A stretch of 63,584 nucleotides of DNA, filler included, from Licmophora abbreviata (lineage: Eukaryota), in the NCBI GenBank assembly GCA_900291995.1. It is 9 parts of 9 records of this genome, joined end to end, with 100 filler letters (N's around TTAATTAATTAA, not from the genome) between each part and the next. Parts side by side here need not be neighbours in the genome. Positions count along the whole stretch, not along the records: positions 39,087 to 59,697 come from OLMU01000329.1; 8 more parts are not named here. One strand, written 5' to 3'. The notes beneath the pieces are model-generated. The model saw nothing but the letters and a program-made list of their open reading frames with translations, searched no databases and was not told the origin of the DNA. How positions within the stretch are numbered: position 1 is the first letter of the stretch; every line of letters starts with the position of its first letter. The translations under genes were made by a program, and so were the position numbers. Positions 44,401 through 55,567 of this stretch are shown here, piece by piece.

Positions 44401-47400
44401 ATGGAGATTGCCCATCGCCTCTATCAAGCGATTCCGCTTTGTCAAGAGGGCCAGATAGCAACCCGGCACCTAGACGAGGCCCTCGCATTGTGGCTTGGGG
44501 CTAACCAAACGGAGGCGTCGACTGATGGACACTTGATGTATACTATCGCTCAAAGGGCTGCCGCAAAAATGGGCAGAGATTCTGGTGAAGCGAGCGTGAA
44601 TACAGAGCTCTTTGGCCTCTTTAATGGTGCGAAGCAATTGACGGAAGGTTGTGCGGCCGATCCATCCAATTCCATTGAGCTGCGATCTATGGTCACTCGC
44701 ATCGTGAGAGCGATGTCGATTCCTCTATTGCAGAACTTGGTATACTATGTGCACCGCGACAAAGAGACAGATGCGAAAAATGAGCTTGAACTCTACACTC
44801 TGTCGATCATTCCCCGCGCCGTAGCTTGCGCACCAGATGTGTTCTTTGAGCTAGAGTCCACCCTTCTGGATGACCAAACGGATTTCAAAAATGTCAGCAC
44901 TGTCAGTGATCGTTTCTCCGATGACATGAAAAGCTTGCAAAAATGTCTTAGGATAACTTGCGATGATTTATTTGAAGGGCAAAACACCGACCAGGATATC
45001 CGTCAAACAGTTTCGCAATTGTGCTACGAGGAGAGCAATTCCAGCGCTTACAGCATCGCTGGCTACAACTCTACAACGGATGTTAGCGAATTTTTGCGGT
45101 TAGATCTTGATATTCTGCAGATTGGAATCTTTCTGGAAACACAGGCATATGATGCCGCCCTTGACTGGTACGTGAATGGGCACAATCACGGGGGCGGGAT
45201 CTCCCTGCAGGACCTGGTGGTTCAGAGGAGCGCTCGAAACTTGCCCCAATTCCAGGTATTCCGTGACTACTACGGGTCTGAAAGCTTCGCAGACGACATT
45301 GTCCTGGCTGGCATTGCTCAACAGGGTGCTTTCGCAGCAGCTTCCCGATCACAGCAAACAGAAATCGTCGTTACAACCCTCCAAGGCATGATATCCTCCA
45401 TTCTCACGCTTGATAGTCTACAGAAAGCACTGGCGACATGTGATTCCGACGGATCTGGAGTAGATCATTGGGATCGAGCCGTCGCCTTCTTTGTTGGAAG
45501 CATCGAGGGTGAGCAAAGAGGAGGCAACTCTGTCGGATATGGACAATTTTTGTATGCCTTCGCAAAAGACATGTGTGACGAGTTCAATACATGCGAGGGC
45601 TCAGGCAATGCAGCTGTTAACGAAGAACTCCTCCAGTCATTCGCCGACGGGCAAAACCTGATTCTCGCCGAAGACTGTGAAGGCGCAAGGAGCATTGCGG
45701 AAGACAGTATTGCTCCATCTCTACCAGTCTCGCTGGTACAGGGGACGCTGTATTATGCCACGGCCATGGAGAAACTCGAACAAGGAACGGCCAGCGACGA
45801 ACTCGGAACAGGCTATGCCGTGTCCCGCGCGATTCTGCCGCTTGTCAACGCTTCCAACTCTCCAGGTGCGGCGACAATCGACTCGAACATGGACTTCAAG
45901 CTTGATCAGAAACCAGTGCTGAGTGGGTCGGAGGCAATATTTGACGCTATCACTCTCGCTCTCCCTGGAATGAAAATTCCTTGTCAGGAGATCGGATTCC
46001 TGGGCGGTCGATCAGTGTGCCCAAGCGATGGGGAATCTCGACCGCCCTCTGGGACCTCGACAAATCTCGGGGGCGGACTATACACCACAACGACGTATGT
46101 TCAGGACCGAGCAAATATCGCCCTTGATGTGTTGGCAATACGCAATGCGTTGAATGCTGGTACACCCGATCTTGCATCCCTTATCTACAAAGACGGAGAA
46201 AATTCTGCCATCTACAACGCTAACGGTATAGAGATCGGACAGCGCTCGCTTCAGAAATTCAGTACCCAGGCCACGCTGAACATGACGGAAGAGCCTGTTT
46301 TCAATTTCTTCCGCTATGCGCTGCGCGACGACGGCGGTCAATATCTCAATAGGGATGCCGGACTCTATGCTGATACGGTAGTGACAGCCGCTTTCCAGAA
46401 TGCAGGTCCATCTACCAAGACGCTCGCCGCTGAGGCGATGGTAGCACTTAATCTCTGGATGTTCTTGGTACATGAACTCTATGAGACCTTGGGCAACTGC
46501 AAGAACAATTTGATTGCTGACGCTGATGGTGTTCATTCAATAGACGAAGCAGTTGCTTACTGGATCGGGGATGGTCAGCTTACAGGAGACCCGCAGCAAG
46601 GTCACCTCCTGTATGCACTCACGGAACAGACAGCCGAGCTGTTCAATTCCGATGAAGGTGGACAGTCCCGAGTGAACAGAAATATGCTTCGGCTCTTCAA
46701 CCAAGCCAAGCTTGAGCTCTCTTTCCCAGATTCTTGCCGCCAGAATCCCAAAACATTTCCGAGACTTCGACAGATCGTCAATAAAATCGTGTCGTGGATG
46801 GTCGTTCCCCTCATCCAGAGCTTGATTCACAATCTGCGACAAAATGACCGCGATCGCGTGCAACTATATGCACAGGCGTTTGTCCCTCTCGTTGCAGGAT
46901 GCAGCCCTTCGACGCTTGAGCACTTGCACGACAAGTTGATTTCGATGAACTACAATGTCGTGGAGGTGGACGATATCGTCAAGCAGCTGCAGTCGACCTA
47001 CCATTGCTTCGGACTCACGTGCGAAGACGTCGGAACGTATCAAGCTGATTCAACTGATAGCTGCGTGGACCCGGATATGTTGAGCCCCCTTGCAGGATAC
47101 CACCCACAAGCCGATGTACGGCCGGTAAGTGAACGCGCACTCGTGGCCGTTTTGCACCATCAGAATTGAAACTTACTCCTTCACAACGCTGTCTTGCCTT
47201 TGATCTGCAGTATGCGATGCTCGACTTGGACGTCCTTCACGCTTCCGTCCTTATGAAGATGAACGCATGGGAGGCAGTAGAAGACTTGTACACGTATGGA
47301 AAGCACGCTATCATCGCTGGCGAAAACGGGCCGGAGGCTTTGAGTTTCTACCGCCTGGCTTCGACGTCTCAGCGAACCATTGTTCCCCAGTTTGATTCAT

Positions 47401-48473
47401 TTAACCGGTACTACGAGACCGACAAGTATGCGGACGCCTTCATTCGACAGGCACTCAACCCCAACGAATTGTTTGCCGCCTCTAACGACCAGCGACGAGA
47501 AATTGTTGTGAAGACGATGCAGTTCGTTGTCACCTACATGGCTTCACTGCAACTCATGCACGAGGCAATCGCAGACTGTCAGTCAACCGACAAGCTTCGA
47601 TTGGAGGACGGCCTGGAGGCATGGGATCGGGCGGTCGCCCTTCTTGTTGGATCTCTCGAGGGTGTCGACAATGGTGGCAATGGTAATGGGCTGATGTTCC
47701 ATGCTCTGGCGAAGGACCGCTGTTCCGAGTTCAATACGTGCTCTGAGACGGGCAACGCGGATGTGAACGAGCAACTCATTTCACTCTTTTACACAGGGCG
47801 TGGAGCGGTCAGTGGAAGAAGTTGTGACGCGCTCCGCAAGGCGGTTCGAGAAATCGAGCCTCTCCTCTTGGTCCCTTTGATTCAATCGACTCTTCACTAC
47901 GCTCTCACCAATGAGGGACTTGGGAAGCTCACGCAGGACGCTGGTTTGGCAGCGGGATACGTATTCTCTAGATCCGTCCTCCCGCTTGTTGACGATGCAA
48001 ACCGAGACTCCTCTGCCAAAATCAATACGAACATGGATTTCCAATTCGTGCAATCGCCGGTAGTCGATGGCGCCAGCACTGTGTTCGCCGAGTTTGCCAA
48101 AGTATATGGTTCCATGGGAGTGGACTGTGAACTTGTTGGTACGGGAGACTCCTTCGACGCATGTAAGGGCGCTACAAAACCTTCCAACGGAAACGAAACG
48201 CACGTTGGACTGATCGTCGGCGTTCTTGTTGGTTTTCTCGCTGCCGTTGCTCTCGTCTGGCTATTCTTCTTCGCCAAGAAGACTCGCAAGGCGAAGAAGG
48301 AGCTCGAGAACAGACCTGAGTTCGTAACACCTGAAAAGGGAGAGCTCAATCACAGCGTTGAATTTATAAACGGGGTGCACGATGCAGGAATGGCGAGGGA
48401 CATTGAAAAGAACATGGAAATGTCACCAGAATCAATGCCGATGACGAACTCGTCATCTGGGTCTTTCACCTAG
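41430..48473 (+). CDS. Giant (~2,190 aa) type-I membrane protein with six Fea1/ISIP2a(phytotransferrin)-like domains
   Basis: Exons 41430-41560, 41652-41727, a small exon ending at 41849, 41948-42863, 42952-47124 and 47211-48473. Signal peptide ALCIAIAVLLLVRPCDG. Repeated motifs AGY...DV...LDxD, Y.NG, YADTVV, WDxAVA.FVGS.EG, LY..A...C..F.TC, VPL.Q.TL.YA. C-terminal TM VGLIVGVLVGFLAAVALVWLFFFA-KK (~48204-48275). Confidence 0.75.
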
Positions 48474-48543
48474 AGCACATTATGTTGAGACTAGAGAGTA
48501 CAATTGGACATAGTAGATGTAAAGAATCGTCCTGGACCTGCCT

Positions 48544-49407
48544 CTATGGCACTACCTCTATCTGTGAAACCAGTTCTTCTGGTAATACTGCGTTATGATA
48601 GACATTCGTCACGTCCTCGTCCTGATCTAGCCTGTCGACGAAGACATCGAGTCGCTCAAGGCCTTCCTCGGTAAGCGACACCAAGGTGTCGTCGTCCCCT
48701 AGAACGTAGCGGTGCTCAAATTGATCTGCTTTGAAACCTCCATCGCGCAACGAAGTGACAAGTTTCCACAAGTCGGATGCCTCGCAAGCAACAACTGCGG
48801 ATTCATCCTCTACATCAATCTCGGTCGCCCCCGCATCAAGTGCAACCTCCCAAAGTTCATCTTCATCAACGGTGAGATTATCCAGGAGCACGACACCAAC
48901 ATGACGGAAAAGGTAGCTCAGTGAATTTGAAGGCAGCAGCTCACCGCCCATCTTGTTCACAGCCGCTCTAACATGTGCAGCGGTTCGTTTCCGGTTGTCG
49001 GAAAGAGCTGTTATCACAAACGCGACTTTTTGTCCCTCGAAACTCATCATGGCATCGTACCTCAAGTTCTCCATATCTACGCCTCCCTTGGACGACAAAT
49101 GCTTATCAATCGCATCTTGTATTCTATCTTTTGGCAGTTGAAGTGATTTCGCATGTGAAATCGCCGACTGGAGTCTCAGATTGCCAAGATCCCCGCTACA
49201 GGCTCGTGAGGCTACCATAATTGCCCGGGATGCCTTGCCCAGTGCAATTGCCCGGGCAGCGTCCTTGGCGCCCTTTTTTCGTTTAATTTTCGACCATTTA
49301 TTGTGACCGGCCATCCATCTACGTGCTCTAGTGGGTAGAAGAGGAGAGTATGGCCATGCTTGTCGAAGGGAGCAAGAGAAAATAGGTTTAACCACGACGC
49401 CTAACAT
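48544..49407 (-). CDS. TACO1: YebC/PmpR/TACO1-family protein with organellar presequence
   Basis: MAGHNKWSKIKRKKG, LPKDRIQDAI, ALSDNRKRT, DEDVTNVYHN. Confidence 0.88.
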   Translation of the reverse strand: MLGVVVKPIFSCSLRQAWPYSPLLPTRARRWMAGHNKWSKIKRKKGAKDAARAIALGKASRAIMVASRACSGDLGNLRLQSAISHAKSLQLPKDRIQDAIDKHLSSKGGVDMENLRYDAMMSFEGQKVAFVITALSDNRKRTAAHVRAAVNKMGGELLPSNSLSYLFRHVGVVLLDNLTVDEDELWEVALDAGATEIDVEDESAVVACEASDLWKLVTSLRDGGFKADQFEHRYVLGDDDTLVSLTEEGLERLDVFVDRLDQDEDVTNVYHNAVLPEELVSQIEVVP

Positions 49408-49772
49408 CGTCCTTGTGATGTTTGAATGATGTGATTGCTTGATGTGATCGCGCGCGTCACGCGTTGAGACGGCAATCAAGCGCCCGGCTCGCAAAGATAA
49501 CTGTTCTCAACGGCTTGATCACGTTGGACGAGAAAGATCACACCAGATTTTCAGATATTCTAACGATAGTGACTACTAACTGTATTTTGGACTACAATGG
49601 ATCCATCGCTTGATGGATGATGCAGTGATGAAGAATCGATACGGCCTGTTCACAGAGAACGTTGGAGTACGGATAGCATTGTAGCCTTCGTTTCGTCTTT
49701 CAGGCAAGTCCTCTTCTCCGCCGAAACAGAGTACTCGCTGCTCTGTAGGTACGAAACATTCTTACGAGTTGT

Positions 49773-50228
49773 TTACTCGCGCAAAACCTCTCTGACACGC
49801 GCCAAAGCGAGCTTCATTTCGTCGGAAAGCGCACCCAGCTCTGTCACGGACGGGTCTGCCTCCATCTCTGCCAACTTGTTTGTCAGGGCCTTGAGCTGGT
49901 CCATCTTTCCATCAATTTTTTGAGTCAGAATGTCGAAACCTTGTAGGAACGAGGCATACTCAAGTCCTTGTGGCAAAACATTCGGGGGGTCTATTCCGGT
50001 TTTGTGACTATCGGCGGCTTCCAGCTCTTCCACAATGTCCCATGCTACTTTGCACTCTTGACTCGCTGGATCGGCGGCGCAGATTCTTTGGGCGTCGGCA
50101 ATGGCAGCCTCCACAGATTCAAACAATCGCAGCGTTGTCAAGTGACGAGGAGCGGATGGCGGAGACACTACAAATGCACAGGCAGAGGAGGCTATCAAGG
50201 GAAGGGCAAGACCAAAGGGGACCTTCAT
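49773..50228 (-). CDS. CP12: Plastid CP12-domain protein with C-terminal helical extension
   Basis: MKVPFGLALPLIASSACA-FVV presequence; AQRIC...ECKVAWDIVEEL core motif. Confidence 0.82.
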   Translation of the reverse strand: MKVPFGLALPLIASSACAFVVSPPSAPRHLTTLRLFESVEAAIADAQRICAADPASQECKVAWDIVEELEAADSHKTGIDPPNVLPQGLEYASFLQGFDILTQKIDGKMDQLKALTNKLAEMEADPSVTELGALSDEMKLALARVREVLRE

Positions 50229-50604
50229 CTTGGTCGAGATGCGTCGATTTTGAAATTTTGTGTCGACACGTACGTACGTGCATAAAAATGGCGCGCCCAA
50301 AATTGAGTCGATCGAGTCGGATACTTTTTTGGTCGCGCCCCAGCAAAAGTTCGCGCGCCGCAGTTTGAGATGCATGGAAGCTCTTCGATGATGTGCCCAT
50401 CGCCATGATGGCATTTCATGGCATGCACAAAGCACAACAGAGTTGTGTTGGAGCTGAATCACTTATAACTTCCCGCTCGTGTAACCTCTGAGATTCTTTC
50501 TCAATGTGTCTGTAGTGAAAGTTGATTTTCCTTGGTTCAAATTTCGGAGCAAAATATTCTCGAACATTCAGAACATAACAAGAGTACAGTGTCCATCAAC
50601 CATC

Positions 50605-53600
50605 ATGTCCCAAGCCAAAGATACCGCATCGAATCAGCAGCGCGCCATGTCCGTCGTTCCGTCTCCAACGATTCCACTAAATCCACCTGGATCAATTCAA
50701 GCCGAGAATTCAAAGGAGAATGCCCTCGATTTCATCGGGCCCAGCAGTGCCGTAAAAGAGCTGTTTACTTTGCCCTACTCCAGCACGACTGTCAATGTGG
50801 CCCTGCACAACATGGGCGGGGCGCTCTTGATGGAAGCCGACGTTGATCAGAGTGAACCTACTTCCCGATATCCTCGATCGAGAAGGCGAAAGCGACCGAA
50901 GTCCTTTGGTCTGCCGGATGAACAAGACAAGCTCGTACCGTCGCCTCCTAACCAGGGAGCAGATGACGAACATGCGCTCGCCATGGTGTCATCCTTGTTG
51001 CAGCTCCCTGCACCTCTAGAATCAGGAAGCGCAAACAGTGAAAGAGTGGAGAGTTTTGGGGCTGCTGCGGTGGAGGATGCTAATGCATCACGGGTCAAGA
51101 CAAACCCGGCCGGTCTTTTGATGTTGCCGCCGCCGGAACACTACCCGCCAATGCCGCCGATATCGGAACCCCGTCAGTATGTGCCGTGGAGCTTTTACAA
51201 CCAGGATCTCTTGGTTGGTTCCGACGTGGTCATCTATCGATCTCATCGTCAAGAGAAAGAGACTGCCTTGCGAGTTGCTGAAGTTTCAGAAATGCAGGGT
51301 TTACTTCGAGCGCAGCAGGAAAGGATCCGGCAAGAGACCGGGAGGTCATATGCGCAGGCTCTCACTGACGTTGAATCTCGAAAGGCCTCTGCTATCGCTC
51401 CCGATCTAGACCGGGTTGAACTGCAAACGCGCATGGTGCCCAGCCCTCCATCTTCTGGTGGCCTTGACTCTCGCGCGACGGTTTCACCGACAGAAGAAAC
51501 GCAATCCTCAGTGGTCTCGCCGGTCTGCACTGTTATGGACGCCTACCTGGACAACATCATTGCGAACGTGCCTCAGCTGGCTTTGTGTCTTCGCGAAAAG
51601 GGCTTCATTCAAAGTGTAAAGCTTTTCCGAACGGAGGATATTCCCTCGTCTCTTATGCGCTCCTCCACCCTTGACGCGACGTCGTCGGTAGTGTCTTCTA
51701 CTCCAGGAGAAGCGCCGCTCTTTTCACCGCAAATCATGGAAATGAACGCGTCGACTCTCTTACAGTTTCTCAAGGCAAACTGTAACCGTGATAACTCGAC
51801 CTACTTGCTACGACGGGAGGCTGGAGAGACCAACATTCAGCTTTTCGATATTACGTCTATTAGCTCGCAGCGACATCGGAAATGGATCTGGTGGTTGGCC
51901 ATGATGTCGTATCGGTTTGCGCTCAGACTGGGGCAGCTGTCATCCCAAGAGAATGACCAGAGTCGCAGACGGACGTTTCGCACTCGTCAACGCAGTCTGC
52001 TGGAGACGGCACAGGAACTTCTGGCCGAATTGGCTGACATGGACGGTGGTGCTCACGAAACTTGGGCAGCTTCGGTGCGAGAGCACTTGGCCGATACCTT
52101 CTTACTGTCGGAGAACTGCGATGACAGCGAAGGACGCAGGGTCAAGCAGATTGAAGCGAATCCATTTCTTCCTGCAACACCATCTTACAACGAGCAGCCT
52201 TTTAGCAACTTACCTATGGATTCGCTGACGAAAGCACAGGACCATTTACTTGAAGGAATCAGGATCCTGTGGCCGCTACTTGAACGCACGCGAGCCAAAT
52301 CGCCTCATAGACGACGTGATTCTGATGAAATCCCAGTCACAGTGTACCCGCACGAGGAGACTGAAACTAGTAGTGACGATGACTCCGAGAAAAGTGACGA
52401 GGCGACAGTACCAATGTCCGTCGAGGTCACGCTGCAGCTCTTGGGCTTGCATCACAAACTGGTCGACGTATCGCTCCGATTGTCCGAGCATCATTTGAAG
52501 AACTATTTTTCGTCGAGTGCCATGCAGGCCCTACGGACCTCTGCTCGACGTCTTTGCGACGCCGTTGACCTCCTCATGCCTCTCAAGCAGTGCTCGGCTC
52601 TTGACGAAAAAGAAATGCAGCAGCTCCGACTGGGACTTTTCTATCAGTACACGTGGCTATGGGAGCATTGTGGGCTTTTTGCTCGCTCCTTTGCAGCCGA
52701 CGAGCTTTGGAGAGAACGCGGCCATGCTTGCGGGGATGATATCATCAGCGTGCTACGAGATGTGGAGTCAGCGTTATCAGACGAGCGGGGCGACGGCACT
52801 ACTTGGCTCGTGGGGGTCGATGAGCTCCGATTTTCGAAGCGTAGTGGCGGGCTTGTAAGCTTTCAGTCGCTGAGTGGAGTTGTGAACCTTCCATTTGGAC
52901 GCGGTCGTTATGACGAGCTGGAGGAATCCTTCGTTCCCGGGCCGTCCATTCTTCAAGCGGCCAATGCGCTTCTTGACAGGCAAACCCCAATTCAGCGCGA
53001 CCGACGGCGTGTTCTTGTTGCGTCTTGTCTTGCCTATGAACGTGCCATTGCTGCATCTCTAGAGATGTGCGAGCTCTTGACAGCCTCCGTCACAGCAGTG
53101 GAAGCAGACGCAAAGCACCGCGCGGATTCACTTTCGACCATTGTTGCATTGCTCCATCCTCGCCTTGGCGATGCCTGTAATGAAATCGGGAAGATTCTTC
53201 TCAGTGAATTGCGGTCACTTTTGAGCACGCCGAAAGAAAACTCAGGTCTTGCCGACCACGAAGTCCCCCGTGTGGCTCACATTCTTCTCAACTCGGCTCA
53301 GTTCTGGTTCTCGGAAGGCGTTCAGTCATTCGAGGAGTGTCACGATCTACGAAACATTGCTCTCTTGCGCTGTAACCTATGCCAGTGCTGTAAGCTGAGA
53401 TCCAACTCTACGTTTGCCACCCCGAGGCGACTTCCCACGAGCGGTGACGCCTCTCCTACACATGCAGAAGTCTGTCTTCAAGATGCCGCCGATCACCTGC
53501 AAGCGGCACACGACGCCATGGGCGACCGCCAAGTCGATCCAGTAACATGGGATATGGTGAGCAACGAGCTCGCTGCCACTTTCCTTGTCCTTGGCGTACG

Positions 53601-54297
53601 TCGTCGACAGTCCCTACTTGGCGGAGGGTCGACGCCAGTCATTCTTGACTCGATGAGGCTTTCGCCTGGCAAAGAGCGATCGATTGTCGATCCCATGGAG
53701 CGATCTCTGGCCATCTATCAACAACTGAAGAATGCGCATCAGGCTGCTGCTGCTCACTATCAATTTGCTCTTTACTATTCAAAAGTCTGGACGTGTCAAC
53801 GGGACGAGACCAAGACGCGCGATAAACTCTCCAAGGCGTTTCGTCATTTCCACAGCGCGCATGCGTACTTTGGTAGTGCCCTGAGGGGTAACGAAGCGAC
53901 ATTTGTCGTTTTGTGCCTTGATCTTGCGAATCTATACGCAGTGGTCTCTGGAGAAGAATGTCTATGGAAAGCCTTGCAATGCTGCCTCGATACGACGGAT
54001 GCGTTTTCCGTCGGAGCTCACCATCGTCCTGAGGATGCCGACTGGTGGCAAAAACTGAGCACGTTGGCGTCTCAGACAGAAGATCGTATCTTCAAACTGC
54101 TTTTGAGTTTGGTGAAATTGGACAAGAAATCAGACGAAAATGCAGATTTGTACAAGCAGCTCTACCGAGATGCATTGGCGGCAAAGATGAAGCTAAAGAG
54201 CGGCAAACCGAATGACTGGACCGCATTACATGTGTCCACTGTTCATCAAATGCTTCTGACGATTCGCGACAGAGCGGAAGGGATCAAAACAAGTTAA
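50605..54297 (+). CDS. EDRF1: Erythroid differentiation-related factor 1-like protein
   Basis: ELFTLPYS, LLVGSDVVIY, AYLDNIIANVPQLALC, RTEDIP, LLQFLKANC...TYLL, IQLFDIT; helical TPR-like C-terminal half; single 1,230-codon ORF. Confidence 0.75.
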   Translation: MSQAKDTASNQQRAMSVVPSPTIPLNPPGSIQAENSKENALDFIGPSSAVKELFTLPYSSTTVNVALHNMGGALLMEADVDQSEPTSRYPRSRRRKRPKSFGLPDEQDKLVPSPPNQGADDEHALAMVSSLLQLPAPLESGSANSERVESFGAAAVEDANASRVKTNPAGLLMLPPPEHYPPMPPISEPRQYVPWSFYNQDLLVGSDVVIYRSHRQEKETALRVAEVSEMQGLLRAQQERIRQETGRSYAQALTDVESRKASAIAPDLDRVELQTRMVPSPPSSGGLDSRATVSPTEETQSSVVSPVCTVMDAYLDNIIANVPQLALCLREKGFIQSVKLFRTEDIPSSLMRSSTLDATSSVVSSTPGEAPLFSPQIMEMNASTLLQFLKANCNRDNSTYLLRREAGETNIQLFDITSISSQRHRKWIWWLAMMSYRFALRLGQLSSQENDQSRRRTFRTRQRSLLETAQELLAELADMDGGAHETWAASVREHLADTFLLSENCDDSEGRRVKQIEANPFLPATPSYNEQPFSNLPMDSLTKAQDHLLEGIRILWPLLERTRAKSPHRRRDSDEIPVTVYPHEETETSSDDDSEKSDEATVPMSVEVTLQLLGLHHKLVDVSLRLSEHHLKNYFSSSAMQALRTSARRLCDAVDLLMPLKQCSALDEKEMQQLRLGLFYQYTWLWEHCGLFARSFAADELWRERGHACGDDIISVLRDVESALSDERGDGTTWLVGVDELRFSKRSGGLVSFQSLSGVVNLPFGRGRYDELEESFVPGPSILQAANALLDRQTPIQRDRRRVLVASCLAYERAIAASLEMCELLTASVTAVEADAKHRADSLSTIVALLHPRLGDACNEIGKILLSELRSLLSTPKENSGLADHEVPRVAHILLNSAQFWFSEGVQSFEECHDLRNIALLRCNLCQCCKLRSNSTFATPRRLPTSGDASPTHAEVCLQDAADHLQAAHDAMGDRQVDPVTWDMVSNELAATFLVLGVRRRQSLLGGGSTPVILDSMRLSPGKERSIVDPMERSLAIYQQLKNAHQAAAAHYQFALYYSKVWTCQRDETKTRDKLSKAFRHFHSAHAYFGSALRGNEATFVVLCLDLANLYAVVSGEECLWKALQCCLDTTDAFSVGAHHRPEDADWWQKLSTLASQTEDRIFKLLLSLVKLDKKSDENADLYKQLYRDALAAKMKLKSGKPNDWTALHVSTVHQMLLTIRDRAEGIKTS

Positions 54298-54673
54298 GCT
54301 AGACTTCTCCCATGTTCGCGCTAGACCTATGACTCCTACGCCTTGTTGCTAGAAGGACTGTGAAGAGGTAATGCGAGGTAGCTTCCGTTACATGGTCTTG
54401 TAGCACTCATCGGGACGTCGGTTCTCAATGGCGTCCTGAATGTCACTCCTGACGTCATCTGTCTGTGCCGACTCGCGGCCACGTCGCTCACAGCCGAATT
54501 TCAAGCGCGGGAAAAAGACATCGACGGCGCGGTGCCACAACCAGATGGCAAAATCGAACATTGTTCTTGTTGAACTTCTTGCTCATTCATTTGGAAATCA
54601 ATCAACACCATCACATCAACTCTAGCTAAAATTCCTCGATCTGCTTTGCTATTTTAGACAGCTATCAGCAACA

Positions 54674-55312
54674 ATGACTCGTCGGACAGCAGCATCGATC
54701 CTTCTCTCTGCCGCCTGGGCAGTGAGCACGACGCAAGCCTTCGTTCCTTCGTTATCCTGCACCAATTTCAAGACTGCATTTCTCAAACCGTCCACTCGCC
54801 TCTTTGACTCGGAAGAAATACCGGAGCCCGAAAAGGCTCTCATGGACCAGGTGGAACAGAACTCTCTTCTTGGCCTCGACGAAGAGTACGTCGCCTTCCC
54901 GCACACTGGATACTCGGCTCCCGATGTCGTCGAACTCTGTATGAATGCCATGCAAGACAACAATGCGCCTTACGGAAATGCGGGACTTGAAGTCTGCTTC
55001 AACTTTAGCAGCGACCGCTGCCGCGCTGCACAAGGCGGAAGTCTCGAAGACTTTATTCAGTTTGCCAACAATCCCGTCTTTTCCAGTATGGTCGATTCGA
55101 ACGACTGGACCGTGATCAGTACGGGGCGTGTCATTGAAGGGACGCCGACACGAGGGGCCATGCAGACTGTCCTTGTGGACGTGGTGCCGGTTAGAGGAAA
55201 GGGGCGACGCTTCCTGTGGACGCTACAGCAGGAGCGTCGGCCGCCGAGACAAGGATGCTGGCTCGTGTACGAGTGCATCGATAAGGACCAAGCCTACCAG
55301 CAGACTGTGTAG
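54674..55312 (+). CDS. Plastid-targeted conserved hypothetical protein
   Basis: Signal peptide ending TQA-FVP; domain NDxPYxNxGLEVxFxF-like...FLWTLQQERRPPRQGCWLV, a pattern recalled from algal/plant proteins. Confidence 0.7.
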   Translation: MTRRTAASILLSAAWAVSTTQAFVPSLSCTNFKTAFLKPSTRLFDSEEIPEPEKALMDQVEQNSLLGLDEEYVAFPHTGYSAPDVVELCMNAMQDNNAPYGNAGLEVCFNFSSDRCRAAQGGSLEDFIQFANNPVFSSMVDSNDWTVISTGRVIEGTPTRGAMQTVLVDVVPVRGKGRRFLWTLQQERRPPRQGCWLVYECIDKDQAYQQTV

Positions 55313-55567
55313 ACCGCCGCCGCGACGACGAGAATCATTCGAATCATCCTGACTATACCACCACCACTACTACTACCACCCATTCAGTACTCTCTGCCAT
55401 CGACCTCTTGGCTTACAAATTGCTCGCGGAGGAGAAGTTCAGATGCAGACGAGTACTGTCATTTCTATGTACATACGCACGCAAACCAAATCATAGACAC
55501 CGAGCTGTTAGGCGCACGCAACCATTTTTGGACTACTACTTTGCTGGTCTCTCTAGGTTTGGTTAGT

